Shown here: positions 9,875 to 20,313 of the stretch, one piece after another
How positions within the stretch are numbered: the stretch's first letter is position 1
Layout: the number at the start of each line of letters is the position of its first letter
Assembly: GCA_910580135.1 (NCBI GenBank)
Contig: CAJTXC010000001.1
Span: 2,425-66,424, forward strand
Length of the DNA stretch: 64,000 nucleotides
Reading direction: 5' to 3'
Source: an uncultured Bacilli bacterium
GTDB taxonomy: Bacteria > Bacillota_I > Bacilli_A > RF39 > UBA660
The notes under the pieces: model-generated
What the model saw: only the letters and a program-made list of their open reading frames with translations
Told to the model about the DNA's origin: nothing
The model's database searches: none
Program-made: the position numbers and the translations under genes

Positions 9875-9905
9875 TTTGCAGGTATCATTAAAAGAGTTAT
9901 CTTTG
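9875..9905 (+). promoter_or_regulatory. Bacteroides-type promoter (-33 TTTG / -7 TAnnTTTG) for the capsid gene block
   Basis: TTTG at 9875-9878 and TATCTTTG at 9898-9905 with 19-nt spacing, 48 nt upstream of the ATG at 9953, in a 380-bp non-coding gap. Confidence 0.45.
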
Positions 9906-9952
9906 TAACGATTAGATAATCTAATAATAACATTAAACTTAATATTAACATT

Positions 9953-11236
9953 ATGGCTGTACAAGACATTGATTTTGAAGGTGCAGATAACACAGGTGGT
10001 GGTTCAAATCCTGATACCAATACTGTTGTGCCTGATAACAAAGATGATGTTACTCATCTTAATGGTGGTGATGTAGATGATATTACAAATGGTTCTACAG
10101 ATGACAACAAAGATAAACCAGATGATAAAGGTGATAGCAACAATGATAATCACAACGATGACACTTCTACGGGGGAGCTAAATGCTGGCGACCAACTTGA
10201 AGTAGATGGTGTTGTTTATACTGTTGCTGAAAATGGTGACCTTGTTGATGACAAAGGTAATGTTTTTAAAGAAGCTAAAGATGTAGCTGAATGGCTCAAA
10301 TCTGTAGATGTTACAAACGAAAATGAAGATTCAACTCTAAATCTTGCTTCTATTCAGGAAGCTGTAGGTATTACAGTTACTGATGAAAATGGTAAAACTA
10401 TAGAGTTTACAGATGATGCTGATGGCGTTAAGTCATATATTGACTCTGTTATTGCTCTTAGGTCTACTGAACTTCAAGAAGCTGCTGTTAATCGTCTTTA
10501 TCAAGATAATCCTCTTCTTAAACAATTCCAAGATTATGTTCAGCTTAAAGGTACAGCTAAGGGATTTGGTGATATTCCTGACCGTAGTGGTATTAAACTT
10601 GACAAGAATAACGAAGCTCAACTTGTAGCTGTAATTAAGATGGCTGCTCAAGAATTTGGTAATAAGAGTCTTAACGATAATTATATCAAATATCTTCGTG
10701 ATAGTGGTGGTCTTTACGATGAAGCTACTAACCAGCTTGCTGCTCTTGTAGATAAAGATAAAGCATATCGTCAACAAATTGAAACGCAGGCTGCTGAACA
10801 GCGAAAACAAGAAGCTGATGCAAGAGCTTCTTATTGGGAGAAAGTTAATAATATGATTAATAGTCGTGTTATTAACGGTTATAAAATTCCTGATAGTTTT
10901 ACAAGAGAAGTTGACGGTAAGAAAGTTGTTATTACACCTAATGATTTCTTTACATATCTTTCTGAGGCTACTGTTGAACAAAAAGATGGTTCTAAGATTA
11001 CAGCTTATCAGAATGATTTAGCTAAACTCACTGATGATGAGTTTATGGCTCGTGAAATGCTTGATGCTTGGCTTATGTTTACAGGTGGAACATATAAAGA
11101 TTTAATTGATATGGCTGTTAAAGAAAACGAAGTTCGTCGTCTTATTGTCAAATCTAAACAATCACGTTCTGCTAAATCTGTTAAAGTTGTTAAAAAGCAA
11201 GACGGTAAGACAAGTATTGATGATATAGTTCTTTAA
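9953..11236 (+). CDS. putative scaffolding/head-assembly protein
   Basis: 427 aa directly upstream of the MCP candidate; N-terminal 80 aa D/N/G-rich acidic disordered region then Q/E-rich helical segments; contains a GC-motif copy. Confidence 0.3.
   Translation: MAVQDIDFEGADNTGGGSNPDTNTVVPDNKDDVTHLNGGDVDDITNGSTDDNKDKPDDKGDSNNDNHNDDTSTGELNAGDQLEVDGVVYTVAENGDLVDDKGNVFKEAKDVAEWLKSVDVTNENEDSTLNLASIQEAVGITVTDENGKTIEFTDDADGVKSYIDSVIALRSTELQEAAVNRLYQDNPLLKQFQDYVQLKGTAKGFGDIPDRSGIKLDKNNEAQLVAVIKMAAQEFGNKSLNDNYIKYLRDSGGLYDEATNQLAALVDKDKAYRQQIETQAAEQRKQEADARASYWEKVNNMINSRVINGYKIPDSFTREVDGKKVVITPNDFFTYLSEATVEQKDGSKITAYQNDLAKLTDDEFMAREMLDAWLMFTGGTYKDLIDMAVKENEVRRLIVKSKQSRSAKSVKVVKKQDGKTSIDDIVL
10164..10183 (+). 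repeat. GC-motif copy 4 (CTTCTACGGGGGAGCTAAAT)
   Basis: inside ORF 9953..11236, read as TSTGELN. Confidence 0.8.
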
Positions 11237-11271
11237 TAAATTTTATTGTTTAATTTTTAACTTTAATAAGT

Positions 11272-12747
11272 ATGTATAAACTTAGAGAAGTATCTCGTGG
11301 CAACTATGATGACCGTGGTTATTCTAATGAAGAAACCATTGCTCATCTTATGCTATCTAAACCTGAGGAACTTAATAACACTCTAACATACACTTATGGT
11401 ATGGATGATGATAGGTTTCCTCTTACGTTCCTTACTGAAGGTCAAGGAACTGCTGGTGTTAAAGATATTAAGACTGTTCAGTGGACTTGGAAGACTATGG
11501 GTCGTATGAAGTTCAATGATTATGTTCTTTGGTTTAACACTTCTAATACTACTCCGGGTAAAGGTGGTGCTATGTTCGATGTTGAGTTTGCTACTCACTG
11601 GCTTATTGAACAGTATGGTTTGATTGCTCCTGATGGTGTTACTCAAGTTCGTATTATGAAAGACCTTGGTGAAGGTCCTCATGGCGGTTATCTTTATCGT
11701 CTTAAACTTACTACTCCTGACCCCAATGCTTTTGTAGACCCTGATAATCTTAAAACAGGTAAGTATTGGTCTATGACTGCTCCTACTATTAGTGAATCTT
11801 ATTCTAAAGGTAATAGGAGTAATGTTATGGGGCCTGGTAAGATGACTTCTCAACTTGAGTTCCATCGTTATTCTAAGGAAATTGCTGGTAATATTTCTAA
11901 TGTTATTGTAACTTACGAATTTAAGACTAAGAATGGTGGTACTACCAATCTTTGGATTAATGAAGAAATGCGTCAGCATGATATTCAGCTTCGTATTATG
12001 GACGAAGAGCGTCTGTGGCTTGCTGAATATAACCGTAACGAAAATGGTGAAGTTCTTCTTATTGACCCTGACAACGGTCAGCCTATCCCTCATACTGCTG
12101 GTATGATGCAGATTTGTCGTGAGTCTAATTATGATACCTATGGTGAAGTTCTTACTCTGAATAAGATTGAACGTACTATTGGTGATATTCTTGATAAGGA
12201 TACTGATACTGGTTCTATGGAAGTAGTTCTTATGGGCGGTAAAGGTTTTATGGAAGACTTTGACCAAGCTATTCGTAATGAAGCTACTGCTAATAACTTT
12301 GCTACTCCTCTTGGTGACAAGATGATTGAAGAGTTTGAAGGTGGTCTTTCTTATGGTAAATACTTCCGTCGTTATAAGACTGTAGATGGTCATATCATCA
12401 CTGTTAAACATCTTCCTTTCCTTGACACAGGTACTCTTGCAGAGAATGCTAAGGCTAATGGTATGATTCATCCTCGTACTGGTAAACCTATGACTTCTCA
12501 CCAAGCTTTCCTTATTGACCTTTCAACTTATAATGGTGAACGTAATGTTCGTAAAATCCGTCAGAAAGGTCAGATTTATAAGATTGGTATTCTTAAAGGT
12601 CTTACCGATATTCCCGCTTCTTGGGGTGCAGTTCCTAATAATGCTATTTCTACTGAGATTGATATGTCTCGTTATGAAATTAAGAATAGTTATGGTCTGC
12701 AAGTGAATAATGCAACTAAGATGTTCCATCTGAAGTGCGTACTCTAA
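11272..12747 (+). CDS. major capsid protein (candidate)
   Basis: 491 aa; position downstream of the portal and scaffold-like genes; strongly biased high-expression codon usage (cgt/ggt/ctt) and locally higher GC; size matches crAss-like MCPs. Confidence 0.5.
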   Translation: MYKLREVSRGNYDDRGYSNEETIAHLMLSKPEELNNTLTYTYGMDDDRFPLTFLTEGQGTAGVKDIKTVQWTWKTMGRMKFNDYVLWFNTSNTTPGKGGAMFDVEFATHWLIEQYGLIAPDGVTQVRIMKDLGEGPHGGYLYRLKLTTPDPNAFVDPDNLKTGKYWSMTAPTISESYSKGNRSNVMGPGKMTSQLEFHRYSKEIAGNISNVIVTYEFKTKNGGTTNLWINEEMRQHDIQLRIMDEERLWLAEYNRNENGEVLLIDPDNGQPIPHTAGMMQICRESNYDTYGEVLTLNKIERTIGDILDKDTDTGSMEVVLMGGKGFMEDFDQAIRNEATANNFATPLGDKMIEEFEGGLSYGKYFRRYKTVDGHIITVKHLPFLDTGTLAENAKANGMIHPRTGKPMTSHQAFLIDLSTYNGERNVRKIRQKGQIYKIGILKGLTDIPASWGAVPNNAISTEIDMSRYEIKNSYGLQVNNATKMFHLKCVL

Positions 12748-12776
12748 TTAGTAATAATCAGTAAATTGATAGAACA

Positions 12777-13865
12777 ATGGATATAAAAACAAGTATTGCT
12801 GCTAATCCTGCTAAAGTTCAAGAGGAACAAATAGCAAATGTTGATAAAGATGAAGATTTGAGTAAAGAATATGTAGACAATCGTACTATTATCATTAGTC
12901 TTGTTCATAACTATTCAAATTATCGTAAAGCTAATATGAAAGTTCTTGGACAACGTAAAGAAACTATTGGTAGTTCTATTAGTTCTTGTCGAATTCTTTC
13001 TTCTAATGCTGGAGAAGTTAATGCTTATTTCCCTGCACTTGTTGGTTTGTCGCCTAATCATGCTGATTTTACAACTCGTGTTAAAGCTTGGCTTAGTAAC
13101 ATTCAGTGGGTTGTAAACGAAAATGATGTTCCTTTGAATATCTCTTTTGTTTATAAAACTAAACAGGATTATTTGAATTTCAAACGTAGAGAAGATGCTA
13201 TTGACGAAGAGTATGCTAAAGTTGATAGGACTAATCTTTCAGCAATTAAAGAAGCAATTAAGCGTCGTGTAGATGCTCTTAATACTCTTGAAAGCGAAAA
13301 ATATAAGGTTGGACATCCTGTTAATGTTGAACAGTATATTATCTATCGTCATTGTCTTCTTTATCGTGATGTAGCAAAAGATACAGCAATTGTTAATTCT
13401 GACCCTTCTATTCGTTTCTATATTAAAGACGAAGCTAAAGAAGCTGAAAAGCAGAAGAAACTTACTGAATATCGTATGCAGGCTATGCGTAATTTCATTG
13501 AACTTAACGCATCTCCTAGTAAACGTAATTCACTTTATATTGCTATTGTTGCATCAAGAAATGAAAATGTATCTGAGGCTCTTCTTAAATCAGATGTTGA
13601 AAAGAATTCTTATCTTATGGATTATGTCAATACTAATCCTGACAAATTTAATAAGATGTATTCAGATAAGAACATTACTACTCGTGCTTTCATTGAAACT
13701 TTGATTGTTCGTGGTGAACTTGTTCGTTCTGAATTTAATCAGCAGATTTCTACAGCAGATGGTACTCTGATTGGGTCTAACATGAATGGTGCTATAGCTT
13801 TCTTTAATAATCCTGATAATAAGGATATGAAAGAACTTTTTGAAAATAAACTTAAAATGTTTTAA
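12777..13865 (+). CDS. head/structural protein
   Basis: 362 aa inside the capsid operon between the MCP candidate and the terminator at 16062. Confidence 0.35.
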   Translation: MDIKTSIAANPAKVQEEQIANVDKDEDLSKEYVDNRTIIISLVHNYSNYRKANMKVLGQRKETIGSSISSCRILSSNAGEVNAYFPALVGLSPNHADFTTRVKAWLSNIQWVVNENDVPLNISFVYKTKQDYLNFKRREDAIDEEYAKVDRTNLSAIKEAIKRRVDALNTLESEKYKVGHPVNVEQYIIYRHCLLYRDVAKDTAIVNSDPSIRFYIKDEAKEAEKQKKLTEYRMQAMRNFIELNASPSKRNSLYIAIVASRNENVSEALLKSDVEKNSYLMDYVNTNPDKFNKMYSDKNITTRAFIETLIVRGELVRSEFNQQISTADGTLIGSNMNGAIAFFNNPDNKDMKELFENKLKMF

Positions 13866-13880
13866 TTAAATAGTTAAGTT

Positions 13881-15164
13881 ATGACTACGCCCGAAATGCA
13901 CGTTATGTTTAGACAGTATGCCCAACAAATGGGTATGCAAAATGTTCGGGCTATCCTTCCTGAACAGATTGATTTGTTACTTAATACATCTATTATGGAT
14001 GTTACAAATCAAGTTATCAAGGAAAATATTGGAATTACCAATGATAGAGTTATAACTGACAATTCTAAAATCGGTCAAATTAATGCACTTCGTTCTCTTT
14101 ATCATGTGCATTATATTGAAATGTCCCCAGTTCCTAGTCAGATAGAAGAAAAACGTACATTTAGTTTTTCTGCTTCTGACAGGAATACAGGACGTATGAC
14201 AACAGATTTTAAGAGAGTTAGTAATAATAATCTTCTTCCAGAGTATATGTTTCTTGTTGATTTCTCTCTTAATTATAAGAAAGTAATCAATGGTCAAGGG
14301 TACAATGGAAAAACTGGGGTTTCAATTAAAGGAACTTATAATGTTCTTACACCTAATGGTTGTATTAATGCTTCTGAAGAATATCTTGTTAAAAACAAAA
14401 ATATAACCAGCGAAGTTATAGTAGAAGTTTATTCTGTCAACGATGAAGATTTTATTAATCTTAAGTTTATTGTAGATATTTCTATTACCGACAATCCTAG
14501 ACTTAAGTGTACTTCCGAAGGATATACTACTTATTTTCTTGGAGTCGAAGGAACTAACATAAATGATAGTTCTTATGGTGGAAAACATTATGTCTTAACA
14601 AAGACTTTTAACGATGGAGATTCTTATTGGAATAATGGAGTCATTTATAATCCTCTTGTTATAAATTCCAATGTTAGAACTTCTGAATATGTAGCTCCTT
14701 CTTTTGAAGTTGATGGACTTGAAACAAATTATTTTCCTGTTCGTATTATAGACGATGCTTATTTAGCAGATACTCTTAACGACTTTGTTCTTAAAAATCG
14801 ACTTAGAAGTCCAATTATAGTTACCTATAATAATAATAATAATAATGTATTTGATTTATATATAGATAAATTTAATAAGACTTCTGATAATCGTTATGTT
14901 CTTGAAGGTGGACTTATCCCATACATGCTTCGTATGTCTTATATTGGTAAACCTGCTAAAGTTAAGTATGGTGAAGATATTGGACAAGAGAATGTAGATT
15001 GTGATTTGCCTGAATATATGCACATTGATGTGGTTAAACACGCTGTTGATTTATATCGTGTTGCTCTTAATGGTTCTATGATGGCAGCTCAACAACAAGA
15101 ACAAAATGCTCGTCAAGAAAATATGAGAAATAATTATCGTAATGAAGGTAATGCCCAACAATAA
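13881..15164 (+). CDS. head/structural protein
   Basis: 427 aa in the capsid operon; contains an (AAT)6 Asn-codon microsatellite. Confidence 0.35.
   Translation: MTTPEMHVMFRQYAQQMGMQNVRAILPEQIDLLLNTSIMDVTNQVIKENIGITNDRVITDNSKIGQINALRSLYHVHYIEMSPVPSQIEEKRTFSFSASDRNTGRMTTDFKRVSNNNLLPEYMFLVDFSLNYKKVINGQGYNGKTGVSIKGTYNVLTPNGCINASEEYLVKNKNITSEVIVEVYSVNDEDFINLKFIVDISITDNPRLKCTSEGYTTYFLGVEGTNINDSSYGGKHYVLTKTFNDGDSYWNNGVIYNPLVINSNVRTSEYVAPSFEVDGLETNYFPVRIIDDAYLADTLNDFVLKNRLRSPIIVTYNNNNNNVFDLYIDKFNKTSDNRYVLEGGLIPYMLRMSYIGKPAKVKYGEDIGQENVDCDLPEYMHIDVVKHAVDLYRVALNGSMMAAQQQEQNARQENMRNNYRNEGNAQQ
14829..14846 (+). repeat. (AAT)6 trinucleotide microsatellite encoding poly-Asn
   Basis: six perfect AAT repeats inside ORF 13881..15164 (VTYNNNNNNVF). 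Confidence 0.6.
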
Positions 15165-15189
15165 TATTAACATATAAATTTAAATAATA

Positions 15190-16050
15190 ATGAAACAATT
15201 GTTTATTAGTCAGAAAAAAGCTTATGCTACTACTACTGCTAAGTATACTGACCTAACTACTGTTCCAGAGGGCACTGTTGCTATTTTCGACCTTGCTACA
15301 GGTGCTCTTCTAACAGCAGCTGCTAAGGCTACCGGTGATTTTTCCCTTGTTGTAGGTCGTGCTAGTGGTAAGATGCCTCTTATGTTCCCTGAAGTTAACA
15401 TTAAAACACTTCAAGTAACTAAGGCTACTTATCAAGCTGGTGCTACTTTTACTTCTAAGATTACAGTTCCTACTCCTAAAAAAGGAACTCACTATACTGT
15501 TGTGATTACTAAGAAAGGTACTGTATTTAATGAGCGTAATAATTGGACATTTACTACTATGGCAACAACTACAACTGCTGCCGATGTAGCTAAACAACTT
15601 ACTGCTCAGATTAATGGTAATAAGTATCAGCTTGGTGTTAAGGCTGAATATACTGGTGGTGCTATTACAATTACTGCTCTTGAGGCAGGTAAAGACTATG
15701 AAGTTCTTGGAGCTGATGGTCTTATGGGTGTAGCTCCTACAGATGTAACTAACGGTAAGAAAGCAGAGCTTGATAAAGCAGATATTCAAGACCTTGCTTC
15801 TCGTTGTGCTGCTGGTAAAGGCTTTAATGATACTTATCGCGATGGCGATAGTATTTATCCTGGCTACCCTGAAGTTGTAGATGAAGACCAATACGTTCTT
15901 TATACTCTTCGTTTTGCTGTTCCTCGTGTTGCATCTAAACAGCGTGATGAAATAGTTTATCAGATTGTACATCTTGCTGTTCCTGTTGGTTCTGACTCTA
16001 TTGCAGCTCTTGATGTAATTCTTGGTATCAGTGAACCTACAAAAAACTAA
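15190..16050 (+). CDS. auxiliary capsid/decoration-like protein
   Basis: 286 aa, Thr/Ala/Gly-rich with high-expression codon usage; last gene before a strong terminator. Confidence 0.3.
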   Translation: MKQLFISQKKAYATTTAKYTDLTTVPEGTVAIFDLATGALLTAAAKATGDFSLVVGRASGKMPLMFPEVNIKTLQVTKATYQAGATFTSKITVPTPKKGTHYTVVITKKGTVFNERNNWTFTTMATTTTAADVAKQLTAQINGNKYQLGVKAEYTGGAITITALEAGKDYEVLGADGLMGVAPTDVTNGKKAELDKADIQDLASRCAAGKGFNDTYRDGDSIYPGYPEVVDEDQYVLYTLRFAVPRVASKQRDEIVYQIVHLAVPVGSDSIAALDVILGISEPTKN

Positions 16051-16061
16051 TTTAAAACTCT

Positions 16062-16110
16062 GACATACTTCTCTTGATTGTAATGGTTAAGAGAAGTATG
16101 TTTAGTTTCT
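16062..16110 (+). terminator. rho-independent terminator closing the capsid operon
   Basis: 13-bp perfect stem ACATACTTCTCTT (16063-16075) / AAGAGAAGTATGT (16089-16101) with a 13-nt loop, extendable by a G-U pair, then a T-rich tail. Confidence 0.6.
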
Positions 16111-16116
16111 TTAACT

Positions 16117-16740
16117 ATGGATGAACTACAAGCAGTAAATGATATAGTAAGTAACGCAGTTAAAGATTCTTCCTATACTACAGTTTTAATTTCAAGTAGT
16201 GTTTTTATTTTATATACTCTTATAATTAAAATTGTAGATTATTACAAATCTAAAGACAAACATAAGCCATTACTTGAAATGGCGTCTGCTATAAAAGATG
16301 TTAGTGAAAATGTAGTTAAACTCAATCAAGTCTTAGACAAGACTATTCAAGATGTTGAACAAAAAGAATATGATAGAATAGCTAATGTTATTGTTGTATC
16401 GTTTCTTAGTTTTAAATCTGCTATATTAGACCAATGTATAGATACGATTATACACAATAATATTAATGCTAACAAAGATAATATTACTCAAAATATTTAT
16501 AAAACAGTAAGTACTGAGTATTATAAACTTTATTCTATCTTTTCAGCTTACGAACATGATTCGATTAGTGTAGCTACTAAAATAAAAGAAAATTGGATAG
16601 ATGACGTAACTGACGAATGTATAGCCGTAATGTATAACGGCAGTGATGCCCTTACACGAATAAGACAACTTAACCATAAACTTGGACTTATTTCTGAAGA
16701 GTATTCTATATATCTTAAAAATAAAATTCTAAATCATTAA
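16117..16740 (+). CDS. membrane-anchored hypothetical protein
   Basis: 207 aa; one N-proximal hydrophobic helix TVLISSSVFILYTLIIKIV. Confidence 0.4.
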   Translation: MDELQAVNDIVSNAVKDSSYTTVLISSSVFILYTLIIKIVDYYKSKDKHKPLLEMASAIKDVSENVVKLNQVLDKTIQDVEQKEYDRIANVIVVSFLSFKSAILDQCIDTIIHNNINANKDNITQNIYKTVSTEYYKLYSIFSAYEHDSISVATKIKENWIDDVTDECIAVMYNGSDALTRIRQLNHKLGLISEEYSIYLKNKILNH

Positions 16741-16752
16741 TAAGATGTTCTT

Positions 16753-16986
16753 ATGTATGATGATGTAATTAGAAAGAATATACTTGATGACCTTGAGGGC
16801 AAAGTTATGAGTATTGTTAATACTTCTATAGCTTTAGCCTCTCAAGGCTATCTTGTTAATAAAAGTAAGTATATTAGACTTGATTGGTCTAGCTTGCTTC
16901 TTCATGCGTTTGAAAATATAGATGTTCTTAAACCTGAACAACAACATTGTGTAGAACTTCTTTATAATAGACTTTCAACAATATGA
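16753..16986 (+). CDS. hypothetical protein
   Basis: 77-aa ATG ORF overlapping the next gene start by 4 nt. Confidence 0.35.
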   Translation: MYDDVIRKNILDDLEGKVMSIVNTSIALASQGYLVNKSKYIRLDWSSLLLHAFENIDVLKPEQQHCVELLYNRLSTI

Positions 16987-17738
16987 GTGAATTAAAACCT
17001 ATTGAACCAGAATATATTTATGTTACAATTCCAGCTGAATATATTTGTGTTTATCATCGTATTCTTGCTATGATGGCTGATTATGGTGAAGAAATGCTTA
17101 AAGATTGTAAAGCTAGTTGTACAGATAAAAATTCTGGTGTGATTGAATGTTTTAATATGTTTAATTCTGCTGTTGCAGCAAGAAAACTTGGAAAAGACAA
17201 ACTTGCTTCAGTTATTATTACATATGTTAAAGCTAAAATCAATCAAATATATAAAGGTAAAGATAATAGTACAAGTTTTGTTTTTCCTGTAGATGAAACA
17301 GGACAACTAAAAGCTTTTGTTAGTTGCGGAGAACGTCCTCGTTTTGAGATTAATGCAGACGATGGAGAACTCTATGAACATAAACTTGGAAACGGTTTTG
17401 ATGAGCATTTTCGTCTTGGTCCTGAAGATGAGTCTAAAGATGATATAAATACTAGCTCCCCCGTAGAAAGTTTGGGGCTTGATATTATTATGACTCCTCG
17501 TTATGAAGAAATAGATGGTGAAATGCGTCCTTGTGCTGATATTACAGTATTGTATAATGGTTATCCTATAAATGTTAATAATACTTCTTATCAGTATTAC
17601 TTTGATGATAAGCCTGTGATTAGGTTTAACGATGTTGTGAACCTTTCTACGGGGGTGCATAATTTCAAAGTTGTTGTTACTTATAATGGTCAAACTAAAA
17701 TAGAAAGTGTAGATAAATATTATGCAGCTACAAATTGA
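16983..17738 (+). CDS. hypothetical protein
   Basis: 251 aa; carries two GC-motif copies in opposite orientation 188 bp apart. Confidence 0.4.
   Translation: MSELKPIEPEYIYVTIPAEYICVYHRILAMMADYGEEMLKDCKASCTDKNSGVIECFNMFNSAVAARKLGKDKLASVIITYVKAKINQIYKGKDNSTSFVFPVDETGQLKAFVSCGERPRFEINADDGELYEHKLGNGFDEHFRLGPEDESKDDINTSSPVESLGLDIIMTPRYEEIDGEMRPCADITVLYNGYPINVNNTSYQYYFDDKPVIRFNDVVNLSTGVHNFKVVVTYNGQTKIESVDKYYAATN
17453..17472 (-). repeat. GC-motif copy 5 (reverse complement AACTTTCTACGGGGGAGCTA)
   Basis: inside ORF 16983..17738, read as SSPVES. Confidence 0.8.
17640..17660 (+). repeat. GC-motif copy 6 (AACCTTTCTACGGGGGTGCAT), degenerate variant
   Basis: same ORF as copy 5, 188 bp away in opposite orientation; read as NLSTGVH. 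Confidence 0.7.
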
Positions 17739-20310
17739 AAAACTTGGAAAAGTTTCTATTACTGTTGAAGAAGATTATTGGGATATAAATAAAGATTACG
17801 ATAAACTTACAATAGTAGAGAAAGAAGGTACTTTTGGTACTTTTATAAGTCGTAAACCTGTTCCTGCTGGAACTGTTCTTACTGACAGAAAATATTGGAT
17901 TCCGTTTAGTTCTCTTAAAGAAGAAATAATTCTTAATTTTAATAAATGGGTAAGTGATTATGGAGCTTTACTTGGTTCACAAGCTGAAACTCTTAATCAT
18001 ATTCAAGAATTAATTAATAGTATTTATGTACATCTTCCTAATGGAGTTGTCTTTAAAGGAGATGTAGATTCTGTTAGACCTGGATTTGAAAGAGAAATTA
18101 TTCTTGAAGGAAAAACTATTAATGAAGAAAATGCTCAGTTTATTCTTTATAAGAATAATGAAGAAATTTATAGAAATGAAAATAGTAATAATTTTAGCAT
18201 TTCTGATATAGTTAATGAAGATACGGAATATAAACTTGTTACTATTCAAAATGGTTATAAATATATTTCTACTTGGAATGTTGCTGTAGCTCTTCCTCTC
18301 TATGCAGGTGGCGGACAAACGTATCAAGATGCTGTTGGAGATAACAAAATAGTAAAAGTTTCCAATGATATTTCTGGTATTTATTCTATTGTAATAGATA
18401 AAGATGGAGATTATATTTTCTTTGTAGCTCCAAAAGGATATTTAATTAAGTCTATTAAAATGAATGGACTTGACGTTCCTATTAAATCTACAAAAGAAGT
18501 TTATCTTGGAACTGATTATGTTATTTATCAATCAGATTATCAATATAAAGCTGGAACTTATCCTATTCAAATTAATGATTATACTGGTTTGAATGGAGAA
18601 GATTTTCTTGGTATTCTTAATTCTTTAGGAGATACAGCATCTGCTGTAGACGTAGCTAATCTTAAAGAGAGAATTGATAATCTTCCTGTTAATGAACTTA
18701 TAGATAAGGAGTATTCTCCTGCTAAGTTCAGCGGAATGGGACGAGTATATCTTCGTAAGAATATCAAGAATAGTAAGAATATTCTTGAGCAAGATATGAT
18801 GCTTAAGAGTAATACTATTTATATTATTCAATATGATTTTGATGCCGAAGACAAAATAATAAATGTTCCAGATAATAGCATTATTATTATAAAAGCTGAT
18901 ATTACTCATTGTAGTTTTGCTTTATCTGATAATACAACAATATATGGATATGGCAAATCTATATATTGTTCAGAAAATAAATCTGCTATAACAATAAAAG
19001 GGAATAATTGTAAAATATATAATATTAATATTTATAAACATACTAATAATTTTTATGGTATAGAAATAAAAGAAAATTCTAAAAATACTATTATATCTGA
19101 ATGTAATGGTTTTGATTTATCATATACTTTTATATCTAATGATGGTATAAATACTATTATTTCTAAATGTAAAGCATATAACTGTAATTGGGACTGTGTA
19201 AATAATTATAGTAATTCGTATAATGCTATAATAGATAATTGTATAGCAGAACTTTGTGGTAGACATGGATTTTCAACAGATGAAGGTGCAAAGTTTATTA
19301 CATTTAAAAACTGTACTGCTATAAATATAGGAAAAATATTAGGAGAAGGTCATACTTGTTTTCATTTTGAAGGAGCTATAAATTCAACTATTATAAATTG
19401 TAAAGCAGTTTATAATTCTAATCATCCTATATTAACAGATGATATAGATTCTATTTTTATAGGAGCAAGAATAGAAACAGGAACTAATAATAAAATAAAC
19501 GGGTTAAGTATAAATTATGATAACAGTTTTAACGAAATTATATCATTATACCCAATTTATATAAACAATACAGATATAGTTAATATATCTAATTTAGAAA
19601 TAGTAAATGATTCTAATAATAAAAAGTGTTATTTAGGAAAAGCAAATGTGATATTAGATAATATAAAAATATTAGGGTCTATAACATTTGAACAAGCATC
19701 TATTAACGGACTTATTTTATCTATATCCAATTCATATATAGACTTAAAAAATACAAATGACGTATTTTATAATGCTAAATATATAGGAGATAATATACTT
19801 ATAAATAATGTTACCTTATATAATGCTAATGCGTTAGTATCAGGAAGATTTATAAATTCTTTATTTCAAAATTGTGTTATAAAAAATTGTGTTACATCTT
19901 TTATATTAAAACAGCAAGAAGGTAATTCTAATGAAAAAAGTGAAAATAATGTTATAAAAAATAATATTTTTATAAATTTAGTAAATGGTGTAACATTAGG
20001 TTGGAATAGTAAAAATTTTAATAGTATTATAACAAGTAATATCTTTGTAGGACATTTTAGTGCTTTAGTAAATGGAAATAATGATAATGCTATATTTATA
20101 AACAATAATATAGATAAAGCAGAATTCGATGTTTTTGTAAAAGATATAACTTTAGTAAAATATCATGGTACAACAAACAAACGTCCAAATGTTATTAATG
20201 AAATAGGATTTCAATATTTTGATACAACTCTTGGTAAACCTATCTATTGGACAGGAACTAAATGGGTAGATGCTACTGGTTCTGATGTTACTACAACTCA
20301 AACTGAATAA
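17722..20310 (+). CDS. tail spike/fibre protein with right-handed beta-helix (pectin-lyase-like) region
   Basis: 862 aa; centre has repetitive N/I/K/C-rich turns (NCTAINIG, NCKAVYNSNHP, IISKCKAYNCNW) typical of parallel beta-helix repeats; very AT-rich centre. Confidence 0.4.
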   Translation: MQLQIEKLGKVSITVEEDYWDINKDYDKLTIVEKEGTFGTFISRKPVPAGTVLTDRKYWIPFSSLKEEIILNFNKWVSDYGALLGSQAETLNHIQELINSIYVHLPNGVVFKGDVDSVRPGFEREIILEGKTINEENAQFILYKNNEEIYRNENSNNFSISDIVNEDTEYKLVTIQNGYKYISTWNVAVALPLYAGGGQTYQDAVGDNKIVKVSNDISGIYSIVIDKDGDYIFFVAPKGYLIKSIKMNGLDVPIKSTKEVYLGTDYVIYQSDYQYKAGTYPIQINDYTGLNGEDFLGILNSLGDTASAVDVANLKERIDNLPVNELIDKEYSPAKFSGMGRVYLRKNIKNSKNILEQDMMLKSNTIYIIQYDFDAEDKIINVPDNSIIIIKADITHCSFALSDNTTIYGYGKSIYCSENKSAITIKGNNCKIYNINIYKHTNNFYGIEIKENSKNTIISECNGFDLSYTFISNDGINTIISKCKAYNCNWDCVNNYSNSYNAIIDNCIAELCGRHGFSTDEGAKFITFKNCTAINIGKILGEGHTCFHFEGAINSTIINCKAVYNSNHPILTDDIDSIFIGARIETGTNNKINGLSINYDNSFNEIISLYPIYINNTDIVNISNLEIVNDSNNKKCYLGKANVILDNIKILGSITFEQASINGLILSISNSYIDLKNTNDVFYNAKYIGDNILINNVTLYNANALVSGRFINSLFQNCVIKNCVTSFILKQQEGNSNEKSENNVIKNNIFINLVNGVTLGWNSKNFNSIITSNIFVGHFSALVNGNNDNAIFINNNIDKAEFDVFVKDITLVKYHGTTNKRPNVINEIGFQYFDTTLGKPIYWTGTKWVDATGSDVTTTQTE

Positions 20311-20313
20311 ACT

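Noticed and set aside
17453-17660. Inverted motif pairs as shufflon-like invertible segments
   Set aside because: No recombinase gene is in the window. For the 17453/17640 pair the antisense ORF 17307..17693 would land out of frame after inversion, and the inner sequences of the two pairs are unrelated.
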